IMG/VR virus record: IMGVR_UViG_3300026097_000805
Location: 32,001-96,000 of that record
DNA length: 64,000 nt
Reading direction: 5' to 3' (one strand)
From: a virus
Shown: positions 44,605 through 53,932 of the stretch, one piece after another
Layout: each line of letters starts with the position of its first letter
How positions within the stretch are numbered: the stretch's first letter is position 1
Program-made: the position numbers and the translations under genes
Notes under the pieces: model-generated
Seen by the model: the letters and a program-made list of their open reading frames with translations, nothing else
What the model was told of the DNA's origin: nothing
The model's database searches: none

Positions 44605-44961
44605 TTAGTGATTTAGTTTGATAAAGTTAATTACGCCGTCAGTGTACTCTATATATGCCCGTACCCAAACATAATTTCCTGTAAAATTTGCAATAACACT
44701 CGAAGTAGTGCCTTCATCTGCACTTACAGGGTGAGCTTGCGTGTAAACAGCAAACCAGTCAGCTTCGACCGGATCAATAGCTAGAGTACCTTGTATATTC
44801 ACAGTGCCAATGAATCCTGAGATATCGTATTGAATAGTATGGAGACCGTCACTACGACCGTAGTATCCGTCTCCTTTATATTTGTCACCTGTGATTGTAG
44901 CAACTGAGCTATCACTTGGGTGTGTATTTTGACTTAAGATTATTTCACTGTTATTTGGCAT
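44605..44961 (-). CDS. Putative structural beta-rich protein
   Basis: MPNNSE start at 44961, 5 nt after TAAATA. Confidence 0.7.
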   Translation of the reverse strand: MPNNSEIILSQNTHPSDSSVATITGDKYKGDGYYGRSDGLHTIQYDISGFIGTVNIQGTLAIDPVEADWFAVYTQAHPVSADEGTTSSVIANFTGNYVWVRAYIEYTDGVINFIKLNH

Positions 44962-44965
44962 ACTA

Positions 44966-45610
44966 TTATTTATCAAGATCTTGCTTACAGACAATTTTGT
45001 CTACACGACCAAGACTGCCGAGCATAAGTCCTACAATGTTAAGGATTTTTTCATCTCTTACATAAAAGTATAAACCTTTAGAATATCCACTATTTGCCAC
45101 TTCGTTAAGAAACACAGGGCCTGCTTTTGAAAGTTTTGGATTATTTTGTATCCATTTAGCTAAACTAGGATCAGGCTTAGAGTTTAGTGTTATTCTATAT
45201 TGATAATCACTAGGTTTTTCTACAAGTATGGTATTTTTTGCTAGTATTACAGGAGGTTCATAAAACTCCGTTGGTGCGTTGACTTGAGATGCTATATACA
45301 GAAGCCAATCTTTGTCTTGACTATATAATTGTAGCATAGGATATTCTACGCGGATCTTATAGTCATTCCTTTTAATTAATTCTTTGTATAACCATTTACA
45401 CTCAGTAAAAGTAGCTAAATCATATTCCTTCTTACGATACGTTCCTAACACTAGAGGTTTATTCATTTCCACCATGACTTCGAGTCTAGACAGTTCTTCT
45501 CGAGCAAATCTAAACTTTTTTTCACGGAAAATATAAGCTAGAGAATTATATAACCCTAGCTTATATGGATATTCATTATAGAATAGCTTTTTGGTTTCAA
45601 GAGTTCGCAA
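44966..45610 (-). CDS. Hypothetical phage protein
   Basis: TTG start at 45610 with GGAGAGG SD preferred over the ORF track start 45658. Confidence 0.65.
   Translation of the reverse strand: MRTLETKKLFYNEYPYKLGLYNSLAYIFREKKFRFAREELSRLEVMVEMNKPLVLGTYRKKEYDLATFTECKWLYKELIKRNDYKIRVEYPMLQLYSQDKDWLLYIASQVNAPTEFYEPPVILAKNTILVEKPSDYQYRITLNSKPDPSLAKWIQNNPKLSKAGPVFLNEVANSGYSKGLYFYVRDEKILNIVGLMLGSLGRVDKIVCKQDLDK
44967..44972 (-). promoter_or_regulatory. TAAATA late-type promoter, leaderless (TAAATA-N5-ATG)
   Basis: gaTAAATAatagtATG. Confidence 0.6.
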
Positions 45611-47837
45611 CAACTTCCTCTCCAACACTTTCGAGGCGTAGTTCGCCATCAGCAACATCTATTTTTACACTGCCACCGTGCTTAAGATTGCCAAACAAAA
45701 GTTGTCTAGAAAGAGGACGCTTAATTTCGTTGTCGATAACACGTTGTAGTGGTCTTGCACCCATTTTCTTGTTAAAACCCTTATCGACTAGATAATCAAG
45801 TGCTTCGTCTGATACAGTAATACTAACACCTTTTCCAACTACCATTTCTTTAAGTTCAACTAGGAACTTGCCCACAATCTTAATCATAACTTCCTTGCCA
45901 AGTTTAGCAAAGGTTATTGTTCCGTCTAATCGATTACGGAATTCAGGTGCAAAGAATTTTTTCAGTTCAGTATCTTCGTATTCTTTATCAGTTTCGTCTG
46001 TAAAGCCAATAGTATTCTTTTCTGCTTCCTGTGCGCCTAAATTAGTTGTTAGGATAAGAACACAATTACGGGCATCTGCTTCCTTGCCATTAGATCCAGT
46101 AATTTTACCATTGTCCATAACTTGTAGTAAAATTTGTGAAACATCAGGGTGTGCTTTCTCGATTTCGTCCAGCAATAATACACAGTTAGGATTTTCTTGT
46201 AGTTTAGTTATAAGCAATCCGTTGTTTTCTTCATACCCTACATAGCCCGGAGGAGATCCGATTAGTTTAGCAACAGCATGCTTTTCTTGATATTCGCTCA
46301 TATCAAAACGTACAAGTTTTACACCTAAGTTATTAGCAAGAGCTTTAGCTGTCTCCGTTTTACCTGTACCAGTCGGACCCATAAACACAAAACTGCCAAT
46401 TGGTTTATCATCCGGTTTCAAACCAGCTTGTGCTACAAGAATTTTATCTACAATACTTTCGATAGCTGTGTCCTGACCGTAAACAACACCTTTCAAATTC
46501 TTTTCAAGATTTACAAGATTTTCTGTTTCACGTTCTGCAACTTGCTCCTCAGGTAAATTTATAGTCTTTGCAAGTTCAAATTCAATTTCTTTTTCGCTAA
46601 CAATTTTTTCATCAACAGGGTCTTTTAGATTAAATCTTGAACACGCCTGGTCAATTAGATCAATTGCTTTGTCAGGAAGTTTTTTATCAGATTGATATTT
46701 TACACTTAACTTAACAGCCGCTTCTATAGCATCGTCAGTAATTGTTGTATTATGGTAGTCTTCATAATACTTTTTAATACCTTGCAAAATATCGTTAGCT
46801 ACTTCTGGGCTCGGCTCGTCTACGGTCACACGCTGGAAGCGACGCATCAGCGCACGATCCTTTTCAAAGTATTTGCGATATTCTTCCCAGGTAGTACTAG
46901 CAACAACTTTTAAGTCGCCTTTTGTAAGAGCAGGCTTTAACATATTTGCTAGATCGTTTGAACTATTTTGTCCACCAGCGCCGGCACCGTTCATCATGTG
47001 TGCTTCATCTACGAACATAATGGTTTTACCTTTTTTACGAAGTCCTGCAAGCACAAGTTTAAACCGTTCTTCAAAATCTCCGCGATATTTACTACCAGCT
47101 AACATAGCACCAATATCTAGATTGTAAACTTGATATTCGTTTAAAAATTCAGGAACATTTCCTTGTACGATGTTAAAAGCCATACCTTCAGCAATAGCTG
47201 TTTTACCAACACCTGGCTCGCCTACTAGTAGTACATTATTTTTACTACGGCGCCCTAGTGCAAGCGCAATACTATCAAGCTCTTCCGATCTTCCAATTAC
47301 AGGATCTATTCTATTACGTTTTACTTCATCATTTAAGTTAGTTGTGAATGAACGTAAAGCACGTTGTGCAGCGCCGCTGATCTCTTCATCTTCAATAATC
47401 TCTTCTACTTCATTATCTAAGTAATCTGCAAATTGTTCTTTGGTGACACCACCCTTTTGTAAGAAGTAGTAAGAGTGACTTTTCTTTTCTGATAACATAC
47501 TCATTGCAACATCGCATAGTTCTATATTATTTCTACCGGCAAACAATACTTGAGTAAATGCTCTATTTAAAACTCTTTCTACAGTTTGTGTTTTTTTAGG
47601 TTTAAATTTGGTTGTGTCTATTTTTATATCGTCTAAATTATTTTTCAAATAATGTTCTAAATTAGCTTTGATAAAATCAACGTCCGCACCATAACCTTTT
47701 AAAATATTAAAAAAGTTTTCACTGCACATCATGCTAAACAAAAGATGTTCTAATGTAACATATTCGTGTTTTAATTTTTGTGCATCTTTAACTGCTTTGT
47801 CAAATACTAATTGTAGCTCTTTGCTCGGTTCAACCAT
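45597..47837 (-). CDS. clpA: ATP-dependent Clp protease ATPase subunit ClpA
   Basis: Clp N-domain (HEYVTLEHLL), GEPGVGKT, AGSKYRGDFEER, GPTGTGKT, LLDEIEK, GARPLQR; no ClpB middle coiled-coil. Confidence 0.93.
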   Translation of the reverse strand: MVEPSKELQLVFDKAVKDAQKLKHEYVTLEHLLFSMMCSENFFNILKGYGADVDFIKANLEHYLKNNLDDIKIDTTKFKPKKTQTVERVLNRAFTQVLFAGRNNIELCDVAMSMLSEKKSHSYYFLQKGGVTKEQFADYLDNEVEEIIEDEEISGAAQRALRSFTTNLNDEVKRNRIDPVIGRSEELDSIALALGRRSKNNVLLVGEPGVGKTAIAEGMAFNIVQGNVPEFLNEYQVYNLDIGAMLAGSKYRGDFEERFKLVLAGLRKKGKTIMFVDEAHMMNGAGAGGQNSSNDLANMLKPALTKGDLKVVASTTWEEYRKYFEKDRALMRRFQRVTVDEPSPEVANDILQGIKKYYEDYHNTTITDDAIEAAVKLSVKYQSDKKLPDKAIDLIDQACSRFNLKDPVDEKIVSEKEIEFELAKTINLPEEQVAERETENLVNLEKNLKGVVYGQDTAIESIVDKILVAQAGLKPDDKPIGSFVFMGPTGTGKTETAKALANNLGVKLVRFDMSEYQEKHAVAKLIGSPPGYVGYEENNGLLITKLQENPNCVLLLDEIEKAHPDVSQILLQVMDNGKITGSNGKEADARNCVLILTTNLGAQEAEKNTIGFTDETDKEYEDTELKKFFAPEFRNRLDGTITFAKLGKEVMIKIVGKFLVELKEMVVGKGVSITVSDEALDYLVDKGFNKKMGARPLQRVIDNEIKRPLSRQLLFGNLKHGGSVKIDVADGELRLESVGEEVVANS

Positions 47838-48336
47838 TTATTAACCTCTTTTGTTTTTCTAGCTTTTTGTTAGCCATTGCTAATTTTAATTTCGATACTC
47901 TATCAGTGAAAGTGACACCGTTAAGATGGTCATACTCATGCAAAAAGCATCTAGCATCTATTCCACTAAATTCTATTATACATTCTTTTGCGTCTAAGTC
48001 AAGAAATTGTGCAATTATTTTACTAGGTCTCTTGACATGTAATACTAATCCTGGATAACTTAGACACCCTTCTGGTCCGTTAACAGTCTCTTCATCTACT
48101 TCTAAAATCACAGGATTAATGATAGCAAATGGCTTTTTAATTTCAGGGTGTTCGATCGGACGCATCACAAAGATTTGTGCATCTAAACCTACTTGATTTG
48201 CACTCAACCCAATACCGTTTTGTGCCATCATAATCTCACACATCTTTCCAGATATATCCACAGCATCTAAAGTATCAAAATTAAAAGGCTTAACAGATTT
48301 ATCAAGCCATTCATCGGGTGCTTTAACTAATTGCAT
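47830..48336 (-). CDS. def: Peptide deformylase
   Basis: [23 protein letters not shown]. Confidence 0.95.
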   Translation of the reverse strand: MQLVKAPDEWLDKSVKPFNFDTLDAVDISGKMCEIMMAQNGIGLSANQVGLDAQIFVMRPIEHPEIKKPFAIINPVILEVDEETVNGPEGCLSYPGLVLHVKRPSKIIAQFLDLDAKECIIEFSGIDARCFLHEYDHLNGVTFTDRVSKLKLAMANKKLEKQKRLING

Positions 48337-49141
48337 TTTTTATTTCCTCTATTTTGTCAAGTAAGTCTTTGTCTTCGATTTTTGGAATATTTGCATCTAT
48401 TTTTATGTATAAATTTCCCTTCCTACCTGTATTTACATTAGGAACACCGTGACCTGCGATACTAAAGGTAGTTCCTGGTTTTGTTCCTTTGGGCACATTT
48501 AAATTTAGCAAATTTCCTGCTGGCGATTCTATTACTATCTCTGTCCCTAATAGTAAGTCGAAGACTGATATTTTTTTTGTAGTTGTAAGATTGTCTTCTG
48601 TGCGTTTCCATATTGAGTTTGGAGGTATCCGAATTTTTAAATTTAAGTTGCCTTTTGGTATATTTGAAAATGTGTCATCTCCGTATCCTGCGAAATTTAT
48701 CACATCGCCGTCTTTCACTCCTGGAGGAATCTTAACATCTAAAAATTGTTGCTTACCGCTAGGCAGTTTATAAGCAATACTTACACCTCTACCTGTAAAG
48801 ATATCTATAAAATCTAAGTTGTATTGAATTTGTATATCTTTATTTTTTCGTATACTATTATGTCTCGGTCCTCCAAAACCAAAAACTTGAGAAAATACGT
48901 CTTCAAAATTATGCATATTATGCATATTAGATGTGTTAAAATTTCCTTGATGACTAGGACTGTCGTATTGCTTACGTTTTGTAGGATCTTTCAAGACATC
49001 ATAAGCTTCGTTCACTTGCTGCAATTTTTCTGCAGATCCGCCACGATCGGGATGATGCTTCATCGCAAGCTTGCGGTAAGCTTTTTTAATATCATCTTGA
49101 GAGGCGGTTTTACCTACGCCTAGGATAGAATAATAGTCCAT
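48323..49141 (-). CDS. DnaJ-class co-chaperone (type II, no Zn finger; CbpA-like)
   Basis: [25 protein letters not shown]-terminal DnaJ beta domains; start at 49141. Confidence 0.9.
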   Translation of the reverse strand: MDYYSILGVGKTASQDDIKKAYRKLAMKHHPDRGGSAEKLQQVNEAYDVLKDPTKRKQYDSPSHQGNFNTSNMHNMHNFEDVFSQVFGFGGPRHNSIRKNKDIQIQYNLDFIDIFTGRGVSIAYKLPSGKQQFLDVKIPPGVKDGDVINFAGYGDDTFSNIPKGNLNLKIRIPPNSIWKRTEDNLTTTKKISVFDLLLGTEIVIESPAGNLLNLNVPKGTKPGTTFSIAGHGVPNVNTGRKGNLYIKIDANIPKIEDKDLLDKIEEIKNAIS

Positions 49142-49146
49142 ACAGT

Positions 49147-49152
49147 TATTTA
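49147..49152 (-). promoter_or_regulatory. TAAATA late-type promoter, leaderless (TAAATA-N5-ATG)
   Basis: ggTAAATAactgtATG. Confidence 0.6.
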
Positions 49153-49184
49153 CCGCATGGACCATTGTGTAAAGTTAGTACTGA

Positions 49185-49532
49185 TTATTCTTTAGGCTTG
49201 CTCTTACCTTTAATTGCATCAGCGCCAAAGAATGCTGCAACCAACGCAGAGATAGCAACAAAATATGTAGGCGCAATATCACCAATAATCTGTGCAGCAT
49301 TGTCTGCTCCTAATAGAGATGTTGCAACAATAGTAAATGGATATAGTAGCATACCAAATAGTGCAAACCAAGTCATGTTGCGCATTGCATCACGCTGTGC
49401 ATCTTGATCTTCTAGAGCCTTTCTTTTGAACTCTAGATGCATTTCCATTTCTTCTTTTGAAATATGTCCGTCACCATTTGTGTCAATACCCTCTACAGCT
49501 GATGCGTCAATTGTTTTCTTTTCGTCTGCCAT
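49185..49532 (-). CDS. EF-hand + two-TM membrane protein (holin candidate)
   Basis: DTNGDGHISKEE canonical EF-hand loop, two hydrophobic helices, basic tail. Confidence 0.6.
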   Translation of the reverse strand: MADEKKTIDASAVEGIDTNGDGHISKEEMEMHLEFKRKALEDQDAQRDAMRNMTWFALFGMLLYPFTIVATSLLGADNAAQIIGDIAPTYFVAISALVAAFFGADAIKGKSKPKE

Positions 49533-49813
49533 TAGTCTTTCCCCTCTAGTTTAGCAATGCGAGCTTCTAGCTCATCAATCTTTGAAGTTATTTTAGGATA
49601 CTTTATACGCCATGCGGTTGGATCGTTTTGAAGCCAAGTCCATCCCCAACGCATTGCAAGATATTCTAGTGTACTGTCAAACTTTTGTACGCCCCATATT
49701 GCCATTCTTGTATCTTTGAACCAGAACAAAAATGCTGCACCAAATAGTGAACCAGCAATACTAGTATAAATCCACAGACGGTCGCCTGCCATCTGTTGTA
49801 TCATTTCCCACAT
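49532..49813 (-). CDS. Small membrane protein (holin/antiholin candidate)
   Basis: One N-terminal TM helix and a C-terminal coiled coil; next to the spanins. Confidence 0.55.
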   Translation of the reverse strand: MWEMIQQMAGDRLWIYTSIAGSLFGAAFLFWFKDTRMAIWGVQKFDSTLEYLAMRWGWTWLQNDPTAWRIKYPKITSKIDELEARIAKLEGKD

Positions 49814-49838
49814 ACTAACCCCTCTTGTTAACTATGTG

Positions 49839-49844
49839 TATTTA
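49839..49844 (-). promoter_or_regulatory. TAAATA late-type promoter
   Basis: Intergenic ATAAATAC upstream of a GAGG SD and start 49813. Confidence 0.55.
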
Positions 49845-49890
49845 TCTTACAATGCTAATAGCACTGAACATGGACAGAGAAGGAGGAAGT

Positions 49891-50346
49891 TTAGAATATC
49901 TTGAAAAAAGATTGGTCTTTGGTCTCTGTTTGTTCTTCGATCTCTTTTTGAGCGTCTTCGATGCCGGCATTGGCAGCATCAAGTGCTTCGTTCGCGTTCT
50001 TGTAGTAGTTTTCGTATGCAGCAATAATTGCTTGCTGTTGTTGAATGTATGCTCTAATGCTAGAGAAGTTTAATGAGATATTTTCGTAGCCTTCGTCTGT
50101 TAGCGCAAAGAACACAACTGGACGTCCTGTAGCTTCAATTTCAGCTACCTTTTCTTCGAAGTTTTCAGGAGTGAGTAGTACCCATTCTACATCCTTCATG
50201 CGAATGCCATCTGCATTTGGAAGTACAAGTTCGGGTTTGTCTACAGGTTTAGCACTAACCTCAATCTTCTGAGGCATGCTGGTACAACCGCTAAGGATTG
50301 CTAGGATCAGTCCAAAGCCAAGGACATTCTTTATTAAATTGGTCAC
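49891..50346 (-). CDS. Outer-membrane spanin (Rz1-like lipoprotein)
   Basis: Signal with lipobox LSGC, Pro-rich linker, helical C-terminus; overlaps the i-spanin 3' end. Confidence 0.75.
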   Translation of the reverse strand: MTNLIKNVLGFGLILAILSGCTSMPQKIEVSAKPVDKPELVLPNADGIRMKDVEWVLLTPENFEEKVAEIEATGRPVVFFALTDEGYENISLNFSSIRAYIQQQQAIIAAYENYYKNANEALDAANAGIEDAQKEIEEQTETKDQSFFKIF

Positions 50347-50752
50347 CGCTTGTTGCCTCCTTTTCTTTGTCTGTTAGTTCTGCGCCTGCTAGTATTTCAA
50401 AACATCTGCCTGCGTTAACTGTGCCTCTGTTTACTAGTCTTTCTACTAATCCAGGTTTCCCTGCGCCTAGCACAGCCAAGTCGTGTTTTGCAAGTTTATC
50501 TGCTAGTACGTTGTTTTGCGCACGTATAGCAGCAAACTCTTGATTAACACGATTTAGCTCTTGGTTTGCCTTTGCGAAATCAGCCTGCAAAGTCGAAACA
50601 GCCTCTTCACTTATAGCTACTGCTGTTTCTAACTTTGCATTGTTTTGATTAAGGATAGCAATGCGTTCTTGTGTATCGTTATAATACCAATAGAACGCAC
50701 CGCATAAAACTAGCATCATCATTGCCATTGCACCTGCTAGTTTCATTCCCAT
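50291..50752 (-). CDS. Inner-membrane spanin (Rz-like)
   Basis: N-terminal TM, long coiled coil, C-terminal Cys pair; directly after the endolysin. Confidence 0.75.
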   Translation of the reverse strand: MGMKLAGAMAMMMLVLCGAFYWYYNDTQERIAILNQNNAKLETAVAISEEAVSTLQADFAKANQELNRVNQEFAAIRAQNNVLADKLAKHDLAVLGAGKPGLVERLVNRGTVNAGRCFEILAGAELTDKEKEATSGDQFNKECPWLWTDPSNP

Positions 50753-50753
50753 T

Positions 50754-51629
50754 TTAGTCGTCCAATAGTTTCGCAAATGTAGCCGGACCTGCAATACCGT
50801 CTGCTGTGAGACCGTTTGCTGCCTGCCATTCTTTTAACGCACGTTCTGTGCCAGGACCAAATGCACCGTCTGCACTAATGCCTAGTGCTTCTTGCATGAT
50901 CTTAACACCTTCGCCACGTGAACCTTTGCGTAGTACACCGATGTCATCAATGATATCTTCTGCACTGTTGTCGTCCTCGCCTAAGTCTTCTACACTCATG
51001 CCTAGCACTTCCATTGCATGTGCATAGCGTCTCTGACGATCTTCTAGTCCAATAGTGCCGCCATTGATCTTTTTAGTCATACGCACAACATCATCACCGT
51101 CAGCAATGTCGTTTAGGTTTCTGCTTTCCCAGTACCAGCAAGCTGATTCAACTGCACCTGCAGGAGTTGCTACATATTCTGCGGCTTCCTCTGCGGTCAT
51201 GTCTACACTTGCGCCAAAGCGTGTGTAGTTTTCACGTCCAGTCAATTGCTTTAAGCCACGCCCGCGGAATCTCCAGCCATCACCTTCTTCAACGTTGCCC
51301 ATTTTGTACTTACGGAACTCGTCCATGTATACATAGTTTGCAATCATCTCTGGGTTGCGGTGATACTCGTCTGCATCACGCTTCGGAGCTTCACCAAAAT
51401 AGCGTCCAAACACTGCACGAAGTGCTTTTGCTGAATAGTTCAAGTTTTCTTCTAGGCGCTTAAATCCGCCTGATTCGTGAGCGCACTGGCTTAGAAAGTG
51501 TGCTACTCTACGTTCTGTAGTAATACCATATTTAGGTAAAATGTCACACAGTGCATCATACCAATCGTCTGCATCTGCTGAAATAATTTCAGCTAGATGT
51601 TCTTTTGTAAAATCAAATTCAAAGCTCAT
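50754..51629 (-). CDS. GH19 (chitinase-like) endolysin with C-terminal peptidoglycan-binding domain
   Basis: AHFLSQCAHESGGF, EENLNY, FRGRGLKQLTGRENY, INGG..GL.DR; LRKGSRGEGVK..Q..LG..ADG.FGP.T PG_binding_1. Confidence 0.92.
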   Translation of the reverse strand: MSFEFDFTKEHLAEIISADADDWYDALCDILPKYGITTERRVAHFLSQCAHESGGFKRLEENLNYSAKALRAVFGRYFGEAPKRDADEYHRNPEMIANYVYMDEFRKYKMGNVEEGDGWRFRGRGLKQLTGRENYTRFGASVDMTAEEAAEYVATPAGAVESACWYWESRNLNDIADGDDVVRMTKKINGGTIGLEDRQRRYAHAMEVLGMSVEDLGEDDNSAEDIIDDIGVLRKGSRGEGVKIMQEALGISADGAFGPGTERALKEWQAANGLTADGIAGPATFAKLLDD

Positions 51630-51783
51630 CTTTTGTATCCTTTAGGTTTGTACATTTTTTACATCTGCAAGACTTGCAGACTACAACTTCATTTATGCCA
51701 AGTTCGTCGGCTTGCACTTTCATCTTAGCGTCAGTACCACAATGTGATTCTCTACCACAATTTTCACAGAATGTTGTACCCAT
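51619..51783 (-). CDS. Small Cys-rich protein (54 aa)
   Basis: Not in ORF track. MGTTFCENCGRESHC...VCKSCRCKKC...; fills the gap upstream of the endolysin. Confidence 0.6.
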   Translation of the reverse strand: MGTTFCENCGRESHCGTDAKMKVQADELGINEVVVCKSCRCKKCTNLKDTKDEL

Positions 51784-51789
51784 ATTTAT

Positions 51790-52503
51790 TTACAGCCTTT
51801 CAACTACCAATGTTTTTCCGGCGTTTTCGAATGTTAATTTTTGGCCGTATTTGGTTATGTTATAATCACCTATATATTTAGATAGAAAAATTATCTCGGC
51901 AAATTCATTTACATTAATACTTTCAGCGAGTGATTCTATTGTTTCGACTGTATCTCCAAAATCTACAAAACGGAAATTTAGTGGATCTGCATACTTTTTA
52001 TTGATTGTTAGAATGTCATCTGACATATCTACACTTTCTAGATAGCTTCTATTAAAGAAGTTTTTATAGTTTTCTAGATTTGATTCATTTACTTTAACAC
52101 CATAGTTATCAGGGTCTAATGGAACCTCTTCGTCAAGTGCTATCTGTGTTGCCGATTGGCTGCGCCAATTCTTATAATAGCGGAATTTAATATCATCTAA
52201 ATCTGCTAGCTTAGATACACCATCTACGATTTCCATTATGTTTTCAGTTGCGCCACGTTCTCTTTGCAGTTCTACAAATACTTTATAAGTACCGTCTTTT
52301 TGTTCTCCTGTAGTTGCATCTGCGTCTAGAACAAAACTGTATCCTGATTCTAAGAACTTTACAAGATCATCAGCGGGTGCTTTATCTTTGACACTAAAGC
52401 TAATAGTAATGATATTTTTATCATCACCCATTTTGCTTGCAAAACTATCAATTTCAAAGATGTGATATACTAGATCTTTTAAGTCGCCTGCTCTAAGTCC
52501 CAT
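51790..52503 (-). CDS. Hypothetical phage protein
   Basis: 237-aa ORF. Confidence 0.8.
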   Translation of the reverse strand: MGLRAGDLKDLVYHIFEIDSFASKMGDDKNIITISFSVKDKAPADDLVKFLESGYSFVLDADATTGEQKDGTYKVFVELQRERGATENIMEIVDGVSKLADLDDIKFRYYKNWRSQSATQIALDEEVPLDPDNYGVKVNESNLENYKNFFNRSYLESVDMSDDILTINKKYADPLNFRFVDFGDTVETIESLAESINVNEFAEIIFLSKYIGDYNITKYGQKLTFENAGKTLVVERL

Positions 52504-52504
52504 A

Positions 52505-53065
52505 TTATATTGCTCCGTCTAATGGTAGTTCTCCACCGCCCGCTGGTGCCTCTCCCGGTGCAGGTGCTGCTGCCATATCTGCAGGTTGTGGAGCTACTTC
52601 TCCTGCTTGCGGAGTATCAGTAGCAGGTTCTAAACTTAGTTCTTCAATTTTAGAAGTCCCACCATAAACGTCTGCAATTAATTTTTTCGGCATTTTTATC
52701 TGCACCAACCAAATAGGATGTCGATCTAACTTACCTTTTTTTGAACCAGGACGAATGTCATCAGGTTCACGAATTTTTCTAGGTTTAATTACGTAATCTT
52801 TTTTATATCCAACTTTGCAATCATAATCGAGTAGTCTTTTGCCGCCCATAGGATCAGGCATTTTATTTCTGTCCCACATAAATGTGCATGTCACAAAATG
52901 TCTCGTTATTTTCGGACCAGCAGCTAATTCACCGTCTTGCCAATTTTCATAAACATAGACATCTAGCTCGTCTATAACTCTTTCAAAATCCTTCAGCACT
53001 TGAAATGCTGTGTTAGAGTCATAAATTCTTTCAATGTTTTGTACAATGTCAGCTGAATCTTGCAT
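52505..53065 (-). CDS. Hypothetical phage protein
   Basis: 186-aa ORF with Pro/Ala-rich tail. Confidence 0.8.
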   Translation of the reverse strand: MQDSADIVQNIERIYDSNTAFQVLKDFERVIDELDVYVYENWQDGELAAGPKITRHFVTCTFMWDRNKMPDPMGGKRLLDYDCKVGYKKDYVIKPRKIREPDDIRPGSKKGKLDRHPIWLVQIKMPKKLIADVYGGTSKIEELSLEPATDTPQAGEVAPQPADMAAAPAPGEAPAGGGELPLDGAI

Positions 53066-53091
53066 TTGGATATCCTATATTCTTACATACT

Positions 53092-53150
53092 TATTTATCG
53101 CATGTTAATCATTAACAATAAGTTTTTCTGCAGGACCTCTTAGCTAAATA
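53092..53150. promoter_or_regulatory. Divergent TAAATA late-type promoters flanking a palindrome
   Basis: TAAATA on - at 53097-53092; TGTTAAT-C-ATTAACA at 53103-53117; TAAATA on + at 53145-53150. Confidence 0.55.
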
Positions 53151-53215
53151 CTTTGTAGGGCAAATGCCCATCCGGCACAGTGTCCTATTTGAACCTAATC
53201 CATAAGGAGGACTTA

Positions 53216-53932
53216 ATGGGTGCAAAAAGAAAGTCTCGTCAGAGACAGGATAACTTCTCAAACGTTGTAAATATCAACACTTTCACTAAAAAACAATCAG
53301 TCCAGATACTTCCAAGAAATAGGAATCAAGAGCAATATGTACTAAAACTGTTAGACCCAAAGAAAGATATTGTCTTTGGTATTGGTCCTGCAGGCACAGG
53401 TAAAACACTGCTAGCAGTACAAGTTGCAGTAAAACTATTCAAAGAAGGCACAATCGACAAAATTATTGTGACAAGGCCAGCAGTTAGTGTAGACGAAGAT
53501 CTAGGATTTTTACCAGGCACACTAGAGCAGAAAATGGCACCATGGACCAGGCCAATTTTTGATGTATTAAGAGAGTACTTTAATGCAAAAGAAATCGAAG
53601 GCATGATCGAAGAAGGAATTATAGAAATAGCGCCTCTGGCATATATGAGAGGACGAACTTTTAAAAATAGTTTTATTCTAGCAGATGAGATGCAAAATGC
53701 AACCCCAAACCAAATGAAAATGCTTTTAACAAGATTAGGAGAAGGCTCAATGATGGCCGTTACAGGCGACCTAGCTCAAGCAGATAGGCTCAAGGATAAT
53801 GGTTTAATTGACTTCACTAAACTGTTAGAATCAAGCAATTCAGCCCATTTGGACATAGTCCACTTTGAACAAGGAGATATTGAAAGACACGAGGCAGTGA
53901 AAGAGGTACTAAAAGTTTACGGAGACGAATAA
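53216..53932 (+). CDS. phoH: PhoH-like ATPase
   Basis: GPAGTGKT, TRPAV...E.LGFLPG, PLAYMRGRTF, DEMQN, GD..Q.D; TAAGGAGG SD before ATG 53216. Confidence 0.95.
   Translation: MGAKRKSRQRQDNFSNVVNINTFTKKQSVQILPRNRNQEQYVLKLLDPKKDIVFGIGPAGTGKTLLAVQVAVKLFKEGTIDKIIVTRPAVSVDEDLGFLPGTLEQKMAPWTRPIFDVLREYFNAKEIEGMIEEGIIEIAPLAYMRGRTFKNSFILADEMQNATPNQMKMLLTRLGEGSMMAVTGDLAQADRLKDNGLIDFTKLLESSNSAHLDIVHFEQGDIERHEAVKEVLKVYGDE

Noticed and set aside
49880-49886. Perfect AAGGAGG Shine-Dalgarno on the + strand in the lysis region
   Set aside because: No ORF of meaningful length follows on +; probably a chance match or part of minus-strand UTR structure.
50744-50752. Dual-start (M-G-M) motif suggesting holin/antiholin
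   Set aside because: The protein has one TM plus a long periplasmic coiled coil overlapping a lipoprotein gene, which is i-spanin architecture, not holin.
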